Shown: positions 38,009 through 52,920, counted from the first letter of the stretch. The stretch is 64,000 bases of DNA from Octopus sinensis (GCF_006345805.1 NC_043002.1:61442001-61506000); one strand, 5' to 3'. A program made the numbers and translations. The notes: a model not told the origin generated them from the sequence alone.

Positions 38009-38604
38009 TTCGTTTCGTTACTATATTTCCCGATGAATCCACAAGTTAGGCACTCCTAATAGCTAGAATATATAAATGCAACCATTTCCTAACGTTAAAC
38101 AAATTTTAAAACACTTTCCATGTTATATAGGTCGTAGATTTACTTCTAATATATAGGTGGTAAAAACTTTTTCATTTCCCGAACGTTAAACAAATACATC
38201 TGGTTGTTGTCTTCACCACCTGTGTTCGTCTTTTGTTTGTTTTTTTTTGTGAATTCTCCACCTATATATATATGTACATATATATATGCATGTATATAGA
38301 GATGTGGTCATGGATTACGTATGTATGTTTACGCATTGAGATATGAGGTTGGACTGATTTTCATTGGCTGCGTTCTACTATGGTTGTATATAATATTATA
38401 ATATTGTGTTTAAAATGATGGTATGGGTGATGATAAAGATGATGATGATCGTGATGGTACTGGTGTTGGTTGTGGTATTGTGAGTGGTGTCGGGAAATGG
38501 GTGTGAACATAAGGATGACTACTATTATAACCATTAGAGTATAGTGATGAATATACACGATGTTCAATGTTTGTGATGTAACATATTCTTTTAAAGATTA
38601 TCAA

Positions 38605-38702
38605 TAGTGATATGGTATAAAGGTAGTAATTCAATCAATATCCCTTTTGATGACGAAGAGCCAGAATGCTTCCAGTCAAATGCTTGACTACTGTTAAGTA
38701 TC
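38605..38702 (-). promoter_or_regulatory. Conserved upstream block of GPCR copy 3
   Basis: GGTATAAA..AATCAATATC..ACTACTGTTAAGTA aligns with blocks upstream of copies 4 and 5; about 600-690 nt upstream of the ATG. Function unproven. Confidence 0.4.
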
Positions 38703-39236
38703 GGTTCGTGTTGCAGTGGTATCGTTCATAGTTCTAATGCATGTTCAAACAAAAAAGTTATGTTACATCTCAAATGAGCGCTTTGAAATATTGTTCATTA
38801 CCTTGAATATGTATATTTAAGAGATTAACGGATTTATTTGATACACTCCTCAGAAATCAAATCCACGTGGGAAATTTGAAATCTTCTATTATCACTTTAA
38901 CATGCATGTATGGTGAGTTTCTCCAGGGGATGTTGTTTCAAATTTAACTATCGGATACTTCTACGACATATTTAACGATAAACGTAAGTACATCTTATAA
39001 CAGAAATGACGTATATATTTGTCTCATTCACTGTAAGTCTAAAGTTGGACATTATATCATATTTTGTAATTTTCTTTTCTACTCTATGATTATAGACCAT
39101 TTCTGACAATATAGAGCAAAAACATTAATTCCTACAATTCAATATATTCCATAAATCACATATAATAGTGTGCTTTTGAAGTGAAATTGTAATGACAGAT
39201 ACTGTCTCACATAGATATGTATTTATACTCATGTGT

Positions 39237-39313
<77 letters not shown>

Positions 39314-39669
39314 CATTAACAATAAGTAATTTTCCGGAAATTAAAATCTTGCTGCTCCCGCACACCAATCCTGTTCCAATAAACAACAAAACAACAAAAC
39401 AACGAGTGCCAAATATCAGCTTAAACGGGCAACTGCTGGGTGGCCCTCAAACGCCTGGAAGTTGGAACATAGTATGCGCAACTATTAATTATGTTCAAAA
39501 GACGTATACTTTTCCCTTTTTTGAGCATTTTCTGTTTTCGTATTAGAGAAATTTATGTGGACTCATCAAGGAACCCCAACAGATGTTTAAAAACGTTCTG
39601 AATCAAATTTTAAAAATTCCTGAAATAAGATGAAAAACGTAAGAAATATTAGGTTTACTTAATAAAACA

Positions 39670-40510
39670 CAGAGAAGATTTAGTGGCAGTTGTGTATGTT
39701 TTAAGGTTTTCGGTATCGATCTGTAAAACAAATTGTTTCTCACATTCAACTTCTGTGAAAATGTCATTGCAATCCTGAATTATTTTGACACCACTTTCTG
39801 CAACATTATTCTCAGCAACTGTCTACTTAAGTTTTTCAAGTCCACTTTTGTAACTAGGATCATACTTCCATGTAGAAGGGTCTTTGTCGAAGAAATCATT
39901 GCTGACAGAAAATCTCGTGAAGGACGTTTTTGTACCAGAGTTACAAAAACCAAAAACCCGATGTTTGTAAAGGAATAAAAGTTATTTTGCTGTAGAATGT
40001 ACTTCCTCAGTTGATTTATTTTTTCTTCTTCCTCTTCATCTGTGTCAGCTTCCAGCATAACTTGAGCAATATTTGACATCATCTCTGTTGGAACATTGCC
40101 ATCAAATAGGGACAGAACCACAATTTCGGGATCTAAGTACCAGAGATAAATGGAATTTTTTTCGGCGCAGGCTTACCGATTTGTGGATCAATTTCCTGAT
40201 AATTTAACGGTTGATGCATGAATAGGAAATCCTGATAAGGTGTTTTAATTGTTTCTGATAACACAACCCAGGCTTGAACACACTCGACCAAGGAAATACA
40301 TATTCCTCTTAAGGAGTTCTCCCCAGGAGATAACTGAAATTGATATTGCAACAAATATATCCTGAATGCATAAGTTGCTTTTGACATCCACCTAGCATGA
40401 CTTACATCTTCTGGTGTACGAAACGATATCCCGTTCTTTAAACTTCTGCCAAGAAAGATCATCGTTAACTCAAACAATTCTCGGTAATCATTTCACTGTT
40501 ATTTCTCCGT
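39670..40510 (-). mobile_element. hAT-superfamily (hATm-like) transposase C-terminal remnant
   Basis: NDYRELFELTMIFLG..FRTP..HARWMSKATY..IYL and NVAESGVKIIQDCN..KQFVLQ match the DDYRELLEL / HHARWMAKAIY / NDxAERGVKL motifs; family assignment from memory. Confidence 0.65.
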
Positions 40511-40781
40511 AGAAAGGTGCCATACAAGAAATCCAAGAATGGTAGAGTGGATATATCATGCATTTATTGCTTGTAGTTATGTAAACCTTCTTGCTGAGTT
40601 TCGTCCAGGTTTTTTAAATCTTTTAAAAAACGCTATGACTGGACCAGAAGTTGCACTAATAGTGGCCGGGTTGACAGAACTGATTACTACTACTGGCCAG
40701 CTTGGCAGCTTGACCGATGTCAAGTGGGCCTCAGCGCCATTAGAATTCATATATGGCGACCAATGTTTGTAGACAGTTGAA

Positions 40782-41030
<249 letters not shown>

Positions 41031-41050
41031 ATAATAATAATAATAATAAT

Positions 41051-41497
41051 TGGTATAAAAGATGGGATACAGGGAATATTCTGCTCAATACCACAGACTT
41101 GCTTGTCAGTTGTTTGACCATGTCCCTTAGTGGCTGACGATATGGCATCTCTGATCATAAGCAGGAGTAGTGGGGGAGCATCATAGCCATGTGTTGAAAG
41201 GAATTCTTGAAGGTTTGGATAATTCACCATTGGAAACATGGGTGGTTCGTTCAACATCCTCTTATTCAGGGACCTTCTGAGTGGGATGGGCTACTCGACA
41301 AGAAGAAAATTCTAACTGGGCCCCACCTGCAAGGTCATGTGCTGTTTATCTTGATATAACATCACCATGTCGTGCACATATGGTTGTGATGCATGTGCCT
41401 GGTGTAGCCTTATCAGACGTGTAGTCATGATGGGTATATTGGGCTTCGTATATTTTACCCCAGTGTCACTTTGATGGCATGCACTGCTCTCTCACTC
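41051..41497 (+). mobile_element. Non-autonomous TAA-associated element, copy 1
   Basis: Homologous over about 440 bp to the reverse complement of 42652-43194; ends GCACTGCTCTCTCAC.CAAT-(AAT)n. Confidence 0.75.
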
Positions 41498-41501
41498 AAT
41501 A

Positions 41502-41567
<66 letters not shown>

Positions 41568-41749
41568 TAGCATTGTAGTTGCGGATGGGTCCCCTTGTAT
41601 TTGCGCCTGGGTCCCTTTAGTCTCCTGGCAACCAATAGTTGAAGACCCAGTCCGCCACTGATTACTGATACCCTCTCATGGTGACGTTTTTAATTTCCTC
41701 GTTATAGTTTGTATCATCTTAAACACTGATATTTTCATTTATTTGTTTG

Positions 41750-42215
41750 GTTTCATTCACTAATCTATATTTCTTTTTACTTATTTTCAAAATATATTTT
41801 CCAAATTCCACTAATGATATTTTGTTCCTATACTTACAGGTTCTGACCATTTCAGTGTGTATATATATCACATTTTCCCTAAAACTTATTATTTCTAGGG
41901 TTTCTTCCAGGTTTATGTTTCATAGTCGTGAAGTCCTGTTACAAGGTGCATTATTTTTTGTAATTGACCAATGGATTCTGTATTCTACTCAATTCTATTC
42001 TAGCCTCCTGACTAGATTCGACAGAGATCCAGAGTGTCTTTTATTAATATTGGAAAAAGATGAGGGATGGTTTCTCAGACGATTTTTCATTATGTCTGCG
42101 GTGTTACCATTGTACACATCTTTCCCCGTGTTTGCCTTCACATCGCATTTGTACACTGCATTCCATATCATGCACTTGTTGCCGAATATATGACCATCCT
42201 TAAAATTTGCAGAAT
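41750..42215 (-). mobile_element. Penelope-like GIY-YIG fragment
   Basis: CMIWNAVYKCDV..GKDVYNGNTADIMKNRLRNHPSSFSNINKRHSGSLS. Confidence 0.7.
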
Positions 42216-42571
42216 GAACAGCAAATATATCCAACACCACCACAAACAACTCCATCTCCATATTATTACCATTTCTCCATCTACTCCCATCACCAATCCC
42301 CCCGCCGACAAATACATACAAAAATACCTACATAGCTAAATTGGCCTTCATCCTGGTAAGAAGATGTAAAATGTAAACATCCCTTTGTGATTCATCCAGT
42401 AATGCTGTATCACCTGCTGAAATGAATCAATGATCATAACCAACCGACTGCTCACGGATAATACGGACTATACTGCTCCAATCCCAAGGATACCGACGCT
42501 GATGCCAAAATCAGATGACTTGTGGAAACGCGCGTAGCAATGCATTAAATATTTATAAATTCCTTACTAGA

Positions 42572-42640
<69 letters not shown>

Positions 42641-42651
42641 ATTATTACTAT

Positions 42652-43192
42652 TGCGTGAGAGAGCAGTGCATGCCATCAAAGCGACACTGGAGTAAAATAT
42701 ACGAAGCCCAGTATACCCATCATGACTACCCGTCTGATAAGGGTACACTGGGCACATACATCACAACCATATGTGAACCACATGGTGATCTCATATCAAG
42801 ATAAACAGCACATAACCTTGCAGGGGGTCTCATAGGTGGGGCCCAGTTAAAATTTTCTTCTGGTCGAGTAATCCATCCCGCTGAAAAGGTCCCTGAATAA
42901 GAGCTGTTTAGGGATGTTGAATGAAACACTCATGTTTCCAGAGGTGAATTATTCAAACTTCCAAAGAGTCCCTCTCAACACTTCTCCTCATGATCAGAGA
43001 TGCACATATCATCAGCCACTAAGGGACATGGTCAACTTGCTATGGTCAAACTGAGAAGTAAATCTGTGGTATTGAGCAAATTATTTGCTGTAGCCTATCT
43101 TTTATACCAAGACAAAACAATGTTCATGATAACACTTCCAATCAGTTAAGATCAGAAGCCATGAGAGCCACTGTCTGGTACTGCATCAGGGC

Positions 43193-43194
<2 letters not shown>
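42652..43194 (-). mobile_element. Non-autonomous TAA-associated element, copy 2 (inverted relative to copy 1)
   Basis: See copy 1; (TAA)n on both flanks. Confidence 0.75.
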
Positions 43195-43240
<46 letters not shown>

Positions 43241-43254
43241 CATCATCATCATCA

Positions 43255-43336
<82 letters not shown>

Positions 43337-43338
<2 letters not shown>

Positions 43339-45640
43339 GAAAACTCACTGCTTTATTTGCTGGGTATGAAGGAAAGTGTCAACCGTCCACAGCCAGCAGA
43401 CTAAGGTGACACATGTTGACTGGTCATGCTTCAAGGACTCTGCGAAGAATTCTTGCAGTTCTAAGCAATGCTGTTTTCTATAGGTTTTCTACATTTATCT
43501 TTGTATCAGTTTCTTTGAGTCATGTTGGTAGTTGAGTGCTGATACTCCCAAGTGCACCAGTTCCTATTGGTATCACATCTACTTTCTTCATTGACCACAA
43601 AACCTTCGTATTTCCCACTTGAAATGGTCGTATTTATTTATTTTTCCTTCTTCTATCAGTGATTCTGTTGTTACCGTGGCACCCTATGTAGATTCTCATG
43701 CAGGTTCATTCTCTTTAATCACCGGCTTAAAATGCCGTCTGGTCGAGTTATCGCACTGGATCATTGCATCCCACATGATTTTGCAATTTTCATTTTCTGT
43801 GACTTCTGAATTTTATTCATACCACGCCTTTGATCTTTGTAGGCCGTCGTTTTCATGGCACTTTTGTATTCACGATGTGCCAATTTCGAGCATTCGCTAA
43901 CGATATGCCATACCGTTTCACACCTCTCACCACACATTTTGCATTTGTCGCTTCGCCAAACCAATTGCATCTGTATTTGATATAACTAGTTCTTAATGCT
44001 TGTTCTTGGGAAGCAGAGATTAGAGCTTCCATTTCCGGTTTTAAATAAATTTTAATCATCCATAGCCATCGTTTTTCTCTGTCGGTCTTATCTTCAACAT
44101 TCCAATAAAATTAACCATGTATTCTCTTCTTTATCCACTTATTTTCAGTTTCATTCATTCTCAAGTGTTTGTACAATGCTTTATCTTTGCAATCTTCCAT
44201 TCTACACAAGCCTGACCTTCTGACTTCCAATAATAGCGGTTCCGTAGCATTTTTACATAACATTCTATGTTGTTTTCTTCTACTGCAATACTGTGTTCGT
44301 ATCCAATCAGTCCTCTTTCCCCTCTTTTTCTTGGTACATATACTCTGCCTGTGTCACTTTTTGGGGTGGAGTATCCCATATCTTGTTAGCAACTAACTTC
44401 TGTCTAATCTTTTTAGTTCTCCTGCTGTTCATGCGATTTCCTCTGCTCCATATCTAAGGAGTGAAACCGGCCAGGTGCTTGATAGCTTCAATATATTCCG
44501 TCTGTTTAACTTCGTCTTAAGTATCAGTTTCAGTCTGCGCAATTACTCCAACTTAAATGTTTCAGTTATTTCTTTCTCCACCAATTTATCCATTTCCAAT
44601 ATCCCCAAGTACTTATAGCTCGTGTCTTCTATTTGCTTCATAACCTCCCTCGACAGTATCGCTATCGTGTCCATCAATTTAATTTTGCTTCTCTTCAAGT
44701 CTAACGCACCACCCGATTTCAGTCCGAACTCCATTTTGATATCAGCATTGAAAGTATACACCGTATCAACGAGGGAACTGACTTGGAATTCATGAACAGC
44801 AAGTTGTTGACTTTGTGTTGGCGGTTCTTGAATACATACCCAGAATTTGCTTTCTCTAGAATCAGTGTTAGTGTTAACATTCACAGTACAAATATCAATG
44901 AGGACAGGTAGTCTCCCTGGAAGATGCCTCCCCTGATTTCTCTTGTCCCTAAACTTCTTCCATATGCTGTCAGTTCCGTCCTCCACTTCGCCATACTTTT
45001 CCCAAGCAATCGTTCAACATTCGATGCAATACCAAAAAGGTTCATACATTCCATAATCCAAGAATGTGGGATCATATCGTATGCCTTAAGATAATCAATC
45101 CATGACATGGCTAAGTTAGTTTTCCTCCTCTTGCAGTCTCTAAATACAGTTTTGTCTACCAGGAGTTGATCCTTGATACCTCTGCACTTACGCTTGCACT
45201 CCTTCTGCTCAAGTAGCTTCACTCCATTTTTTCCAGATGTCCGTAGATTGACTCTGCGACTATTCCAATCAATAATCTCTACATAAGTAGCAAGCAGGAT
45301 ATCAGTCTGTAATTGTCTACCGTATTGCCTTTCGATGTTTTTCAAGCACAGCACTGTTCTATCCTTGTCATGTACTCTGCTGTTACATGCTCGGCATTTC
45401 ACAAGGTGTTGAGTTGCGTAGCTATTCTTGCATGACACTCACCAGATTACTTGATCCAGCAGCCTTGAACTCCATCTGGTCCCGGTGCCATCCAGTCACC
45501 CATTTTTTCTGATTTCCTTCATTCCCTAACTGAAATGAATAGTCCCGTCTGTTGTGGGCAGGCTACTGTTTGTTTCAGTTCTTGCAACTATTCAGCATCC
45601 TTCTTATGGCCCATGTCTTTGCTCCATGTCTTAGCTCCAT
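43337..45640 (-). mobile_element. R4/Dong-clade non-LTR retrotransposon (RT plus restriction-like endonuclease), 5'-truncated and degraded
   Basis: [47 protein letters not shown]; CxxC-like CKMCGERCETVWHIVSEC; WD..IQCD; C-terminal KTALL.TARILRRVL; 3' end fused to (TAA)n. Confidence 0.8.
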
Positions 45641-46425
45641 AGTTTCTGGACGCTTGTTCTGAAGGTTCTCAGAATCCATCCGGCCATTTGCTTTCACTTT
45701 GCCACCATCAGTCAGGTGAATCGAGGCGTTGGTCTCTATATATGAATACCCTGATCACGGACTATACTTGATTATGGGACTGCCGCTCTTTTTGGTCCAA
45801 AATACTGTTTTGGCGGCATCTGAGCCCTGACAAGCTGATAGACGAAAGCTTGGAATTTACTGGTATAAAATTGCATGTTGTTTTCTTCAATCCATTTATA
45901 CATGGAATCTAGGTCTTTAGAAGCTCTTAATCGGAATGTTCTTTTCATGCTTGTAGTACTTGTGTCGTTTGCATAGCTAGTAAGTGTGGTTGTCTATGTA
46001 AGTGATAGCATGTCCTAGAGCGCCACCATAAACTTAAGCAGACCCTAGACAGTTCTCTGAGGCTATCCATTCGCTATTAATGCTTCTTTGGAGAAAGTCC
46101 CATTGGCTGCCACCACCTAGTTCTATCCTTTAAGAAGTCAAATAACACCTCTTCCAGCTTTTTGTGACATATCTTCACATAATCAACCTACTAAAGACCT
46201 TTGCAAAATCAAGGAATAGGCACCCAGGTTTGAGTGATTCATTAGTTGTTTCATCACCCTTCATAATACTGCAAATGCTGTGTAAGGCAGCTATTCCCTG
46301 AGAGGAAACCATGCTGGATGTCAAGGACCAAGTCATTATCTTAGAGGAACGCAATCGGTTTCTATCTCAAAATAAGTTCCGCAACTAGCTGACATGGGAG
46401 GTTAGAGAGAGAGAGAAAGAGAGAA

Positions 46426-46483
<58 letters not shown>

Positions 46484-46730
46484 TGGTCTATAACTTTAAT
46501 ATCTGCTCTGCAAAGTCCCTCATGGATAAGGCATATTATGCCTTCGTTTAACTTTCTGGAAATCCTCCCTCTTGCGAGAAAGCTCTGGAAGAGTATCTGA
46601 AGTAGTTTTGTTAGAGTCTCTTTGCATTTGTTGTGGAGTTTTCTGGGAATTCATCAGACTCTGTGGCTGAATCTCAGCTCATTTCCGCATGGCTGATATT
46701 ACATCCGTTTTCTCGCTGTCAATGTTATCT
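45640..46730 (-). mobile_element. Older CR1-like LINE RT fragment
   Basis: Frameshifted motifs SYRPISL, QHGFLSGNSCLTQ, LDFAKVF, TSYANDT, MYKWIEENNMQF, MAGWILRTFRT, colinear with the 24880-28560 element; split by (GA)n. Confidence 0.7.
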
Positions 46731-49700
46731 CTAATTGCTATTAACTCGTGGTTTAGGGCATGCTTTTCGTATGCAAGCTGGCGGGGCTCGCTCTGAGCAC
46801 TCTAATATTTTCACCTGCCGCCTCGGACACTCATCACACATAGCTGTACGCATCTGCCGCAATGGAGTTGTGAAAATATTCTTTTATTGCACATTCAGTA
46901 TTTCACTGATATTCTACGAGTCTGCAGTCGGTGAGCCATTTCCTCTGAACAGTGTCCCTATCCTCTACTGACGCGAGCTCTTTTGCAAATCTATAGAAGG
47001 TTTTAAGATTTGTTTTTTATATTCTTCACAGCTTTTTTCTCTGCCCTTTCCTATTCAGGAGAGTGTTTGCGTTCATTTTCAACCTTGAGCAATGTTTGAG
47101 AAAATCTCCTTCGCTATCCCTTGGTGGCCCATTACACGGTATGATATTTTTTGCTCGTAGCCTCGTTAGAATCATCCATTTCCTGATAATTGTATTTATA
47201 TGTATCTTATATATACTTGTATGGATGTATATATTTATAGATGCATGCACACAAACATCTATATGTACACAGTTATACTTATATACATATCCTGGCGTAT
47301 GTGCACACAATTTTTTACATTCACACACAGACACATACACACACACCACATGCTTGTTTGTGTCTCTTTCATTTTTTATCGTCCCTCCTTAATTCTTCTA
47401 TCCCTTCTCCCCACGTGACCGGTGTTCGTCCAGGCCTGACATTTCTTTATTGGTTGGACAACTGTCCGTACAACATCTATATTCCTTCCCGTGCTTGGTA
47501 AACCTTATGTCCCTGCCGTAAGGCTTTACTTCCACACACGCCAGCTTAATTTTATTCGTCCTTAGTCGAAAGACACCTGTTGTTATGTCCTCTTATTTGT
47601 ATTTGTGTAACATTTCTCTGTTTTTTCCGTCCTTGTTTTCGTATACATTTGCTGCTTTCTTCCAAGGAATGCAATGCTCGTACCTTATTTTTCCTTGGGG
47701 CTGGCCCGATTGGAGCAATCTCGAGTATAACGAGCCGAAATTGCAAAGATAATCACCAATTATTATCACACTATAAACTTAATACTAACGTTAGAAAATG
47801 AATAAAGAATAAATAAAGAGAATAAAGTTAGTAAAGAATATATAAAACACGTAACGGAAGGTAAATATAATCGCTCGAATGTAAGTACTGATAATGTGAT
47901 CCATATATGACGACAATTAAACAACATAATGCCATTTACAAAGAAAAAACTTTATTTCCGTAGAAAACGTTAAGAACAGAGATTGTATAGGTTGATAGAT
48001 TATAACTAAGGAAAGCTGTATGGCTGATACTGTTATTGATTATTTAGTATAAAGACTGTGGAGAGTATATGTTGTTAAACAAACTTTAAATAACCACATA
48101 TGTTAAAGTTAGTTTGTAGGCCGCCTCGTCAAATGGGTAAATCGATTGTTAGATATTTATATAGCAACACTCTTTATAATATGCAGGCGTCTGATAATCC
48201 CAACAAACAAGGATGACTTTGCATTTGCTCATAGCAAGCGCCTCAAAGAAGCTTTGTGTGCAAATGGCGCCCCTCCAATAGATGGCATGGTACGTGTAAC
48301 TACTGGCTAAGAGATAGAATATTTTTACGTTGTTTAAACTTCAAAATCAAGTAAGATTGTGATGTAAACATACCTATATTCCTTGTTCTAAAATTATGCA
48401 AATGATTAATTAAATTGGCGTTATGATTATTTCATCTGGCCTTACGTTTTTCGATGTTGGCTATATGTAACGACATCCGGTCGCGGATGTAGAACATTTT
48501 GTATCACATCCAGCCGATCTCTTACAACTAGACATTCCCATGTTACTTAATGAAGTGTTGATTCGAAAGCTAATTCTATTCTCTGCTGAAATTATTGCAA
48601 TTTGCCCTACCGTTCTTCATATTATTATTGTAACATCGAATGTTGCCACAGTACTTCTTGTTATCTCTAGGGAACTTAGAGTTATGACACAGAGAGGCAT
48701 TGCAACTATCATTATCACATTTTTCACATTGGTATCACAGTAGATATCACTGCTATTATTCGCCCTATTCTAAGTTTACCGTTTGCATATCCGCAATATT
48801 TGCTTAAACCGATAGCAAAGGGTTATTAGGTGAACTAATTGAATGTGAACATTTAGAGAAATTGTTATCTATGCAGTTACATGAATCCAAGTCATTTGTG
48901 ATGGGAACAGAATTGCTATCAGAAATGTCCTGGTTACTCGTATCATTCCGAAATACATTCTCAGTCTTCTATTGCTGATAGATGTATACTAACACAAGAT
49001 TTGACTATGAAAATTTAAATGTATGCCAGGTTAATATCTCCCTACATTCAATGGAAGACTGAAGTTTGTTTCCCGATAAGTAAAAATAGGCTAGCTAATC
49101 CTGGTTTACGTTTATAGCATAGGGTAAATTATAGCAGATCAGATCCATGTTACGTGATCTAGTTTTACCTTTATTAAATCTCATGAGTTAATTGGTATCA
49201 GTATGAGTCCATCCTTTTGGTGTTATAAGAGATGGTTGTTTTCTTCTCAGAAAAGAATTATAACCTTCATTTAGACAGGAGTTTAACTTATTTTAGTATT
49301 GGGAGATTTTTTTTGTTATGATCAATTCTTGGATGCATCTTTGTCCCCGCGGTATTAGGAATATTATTCATACAATACATAGTTGACAAACTAGTGTATA
49401 CTTATCACGAGTTTTAGATTCTCCCTGTATGAAAATAATTTTAAGCAGGTTGCAATTCACTATAGAACAAGTCATCAAAAACTCCTGATAGAATAACTAT
49501 GTATATATCAATAGTTTACTTATCTCTAACACTTCTAATGGCACAACTATAGTATTCTACGCTTTCGTTCAAATGTCTTAATTAGACAATAATTTAGGAC
49601 TGCTGAAGGAAACTCTTTTGACTATAGAATTAATCATAGCCTTGGATGAGCGGAATTTTTTTCATATAGTGGAGGCTTATGTTCGGCTTATGATATGTTC

Positions 49701-50599
49701 TATATAAACTAATATTAATCACTAGCCTAAAATCAAATAGTTTAATCACAACATGTTCCTCCTCAATGGCCATGCTTGAGCCTATATTTTTCAAGAAATT
49801 TCTAAGTCGTATTTCGGACTCTTAATTTCTACGTTGTAACGTCTCAAGGAAAGTAATAGTACGCTTTCCATCTTGCAGAGCGCTCTTAGTCTCTAGAAAA
49901 TAACTTTTTAATTTAATGAAAATATAAATACTAATCTTATAACCCCTTATTGAATCTGTAATTTTCCATCGTCACATCCCCACATTCGGCGGAATTTGAA
50001 CCCAGTACGCAAAGATCGTTCAAGAAATGTCGTAAACACTTTGTTCAATTCTCTGCGACTCGTATACTTAGTGCGTTTAAAAATGTGATCTCCGTAGGAT
50101 TTCACGCCTTCTGTAAACAGTTGTTCTACCATTGAACAAAGAGTGCATTTGTCTTTTTTGGCACCCCAGGGGAGAGAATAAGACGAATAGCGTTCAATAT
50201 TTATTCACTAATATTTTTAGTTTCATCTGAACTATTTCTGTGTATGTATATTTTGTGAATATGCGTGCGTGTGTGAGTGCGTGTGTGCGCGTATACGTGT
50301 ACTTGTGTGTATGTATGTGTGTGAGCATATACGTGTGTGCATGCAAAAATTGTTACACACACACGCACAAACACGAACACCAGCACACAAGCGCACACTT
50401 TAAATTCAAAAGTCAGTCATATAACAGTCCGAGATTGGAGAGAAAGAAATGTTTGTTTGATCTTAATTGATATATTTAATGACGATTAAACATACCCTCG
50501 TTACATCACATATTTCGAAATTGTTGACTACTCGAGCGTAATACTTTGAAGGAATAAATCTTCTTCAAAATTTATAACATTCCCCTCCTAAATCATATT

Positions 50600-51380
50600 G
50601 CATGATGGATAAAAGACGATACTCAGAGAGGGCAAACTGAGGTGAATATTGTCCTGAGTGGCGTGGTTAATATGTAGTCTTACATTATTATCTAAGATTT
50701 ATAAATCTTTGCGATTGACCAATGATAACCCTTTTCTGCAGTTTTTTGTGCAATACTTTCAATTGATGACAACACATCGCAGGAACTGTTTCCTTTTGTT
50801 GCAAAACCTCATGATGCTGATATCTTCTATGTTCCATCATCTTTTCGGGCGTAGTCCTTGTTTGGGAATATAATCTCGTTTATTTTCATTGAGTGCTAAC
50901 CTGCTAAAGGTTGACGCTTTCATTACATATGATTACAGAAAACGTGCACTTCATAATTTGTAATGATTTTACCAAGGAAAGGTTCGGTAGGGAACCTACT
51001 TTTTATTTAAACTGATCATTTTGCAAGCAAAGGAAGAGATATTCCGTGGCGAAATTTATACATGAAAAAGTTTTATGAGCGAAGTGTAACTTCAATCATA
51101 AACGTTTTAAAAAATATTCATGAAGTTTACTTTGGCTTTTCCTTTTACGTTTCTCAGGATGTCAATATTGACATTGTTCGGTTTGAGGGAAATCTGTGAG
51201 CAAAAAATTTCTCGAGTGAAGCTTGTTAAGTAATCCTTGGCCTATCCGAACACTTACAGCTTTATTTTTGTGGACAACACGAATATTCCTCGTCGCATCT
51301 ATTGCTGAAGTGTCTCTTTTGAATTCATTAAAATATCTGATATAAATCTGTTCTAAAGTCATTGTTTTAAACTCAGCATG
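50600..51380 (-). mobile_element. mariner transposase remnant
   Basis: EFKRDTSAIDATRNI..VSVRIGQ..SRNFLLTD (N-terminal HTH) and PKQGLRPK..VNRK..LDNNVRLH (catalytic region). Confidence 0.65.
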
Positions 51381-51387
51381 GGATCTA

Positions 51388-51494
<107 letters not shown>

Positions 51495-51662
51495 GATATG
51501 ACAGGTAATGGTGTCAAAAAGACACATAGGTGTCAGGTAATGCTTAGTGCTATGGACAGACTATAGTTAAGCCCCGGGTTCGGTGAGTATGCGTAATGAG
51601 GAGTCCAACGTAGGTCATATATCCGCATGCGTATATATAAATGAATTTAGAGAATGAGATAA

Positions 51663-51803
51663 AAATCCAAGGCTGTGAAAGATTTCAGAAGATTTATAAA
51701 GAGAAAGTTCTACAGCTGTTTCCGAGATATTTTATATAACCCGAAAACGGCTGTAAGACCTACTCTTTATAAATGTTCCGAAAATTTTCGCAGCCTTGGA
51801 TTT
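51663..51803. repeat. Imperfect foldback (MITE-like), arms about 60 bp
   Basis: AAATCCAAGGCTGTGAAAGATTTCAGAAGATTTATAAAGAG pairs with CTCTTTATAAATGTTCCGAAAATTTTCGCAGCCTTGGATTT. Confidence 0.75.
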
Positions 51804-51804
51804 A

Positions 51805-52470
<666 letters not shown>

Positions 52471-52545
52471 GGTTAAAAAATATATATTTGAGTCAATATG
52501 TCTGAAGAATGTTATAAATTTTTTTCATACAATGACATAGTTTAG

Positions 52546-52585
52546 AAGAAATGACCGGTTTCGCGTTCAGCTTTTCAAATTTCTT
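52546..52585 (-). ncRNA. Decayed minimal hammerhead ribozyme downstream of a PLE endonuclease
   Basis: Minus strand: stem I AAGAAAT/ATTTCTT; core TTGAAAA (two changes from CTGAAGA); stem II GC-TGAAC-GC; GAAAC-CG-GTC with palindromic ACCGGT. Confidence 0.55.
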
Positions 52586-52673
52586 AAATCGTTATGTTTA
52601 CGTTGAAAGAAGATCTAAGTAAGGGGAGGTAATAAGTGATTTCTTCCGGTGTAAGGGAGATAATCGCTTAAAA

Positions 52674-52920
52674 TTATTTGCCTTTCTTTTGGATTGAGTT
52701 TCTCTGTATAAGTATGTTGGAATGGTTAAGTTTGGGCTTGTATTTTTCAATGAAGAATGTTTCCTTGTTTAGTCTAATTTGTGTTGGTGTTCCGATAGCA
52801 CATTGGTAGAATGGAAAGATTAAAAATTGTGGTAGTAGTTGCTTTGCGCATTTCTCAATGTGCTCACTAAAGAGTATCATTCTGTATTCTGGGAATGCAA
52901 TCTGTTGTCGATGCAGCGTG
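52674..52920 (-). mobile_element. Penelope-like GIY-YIG 3' fragment (same family as 20040-20520)
   Basis: EHIEKCAKQLLPQFLIFPFYQC..RLNKETFFIEKYKPKLN. Confidence 0.75.

Noticed and set aside
42490-42545. CAGATGA-CTTGTG-GAAAC-GCGC-GTA hammerhead-like string
   Set aside because: The core is mutated, stem II is 1 bp and stem I does not pair; at best a remnant.
48467-50200. Possible degraded Gypsy/LTR element (TGTAACGAC start, faint integrase-like words on the minus strand)
   Set aside because: No paired LTR, PBS or convincing catalytic motif could be read; it needs a tBLASTx search.
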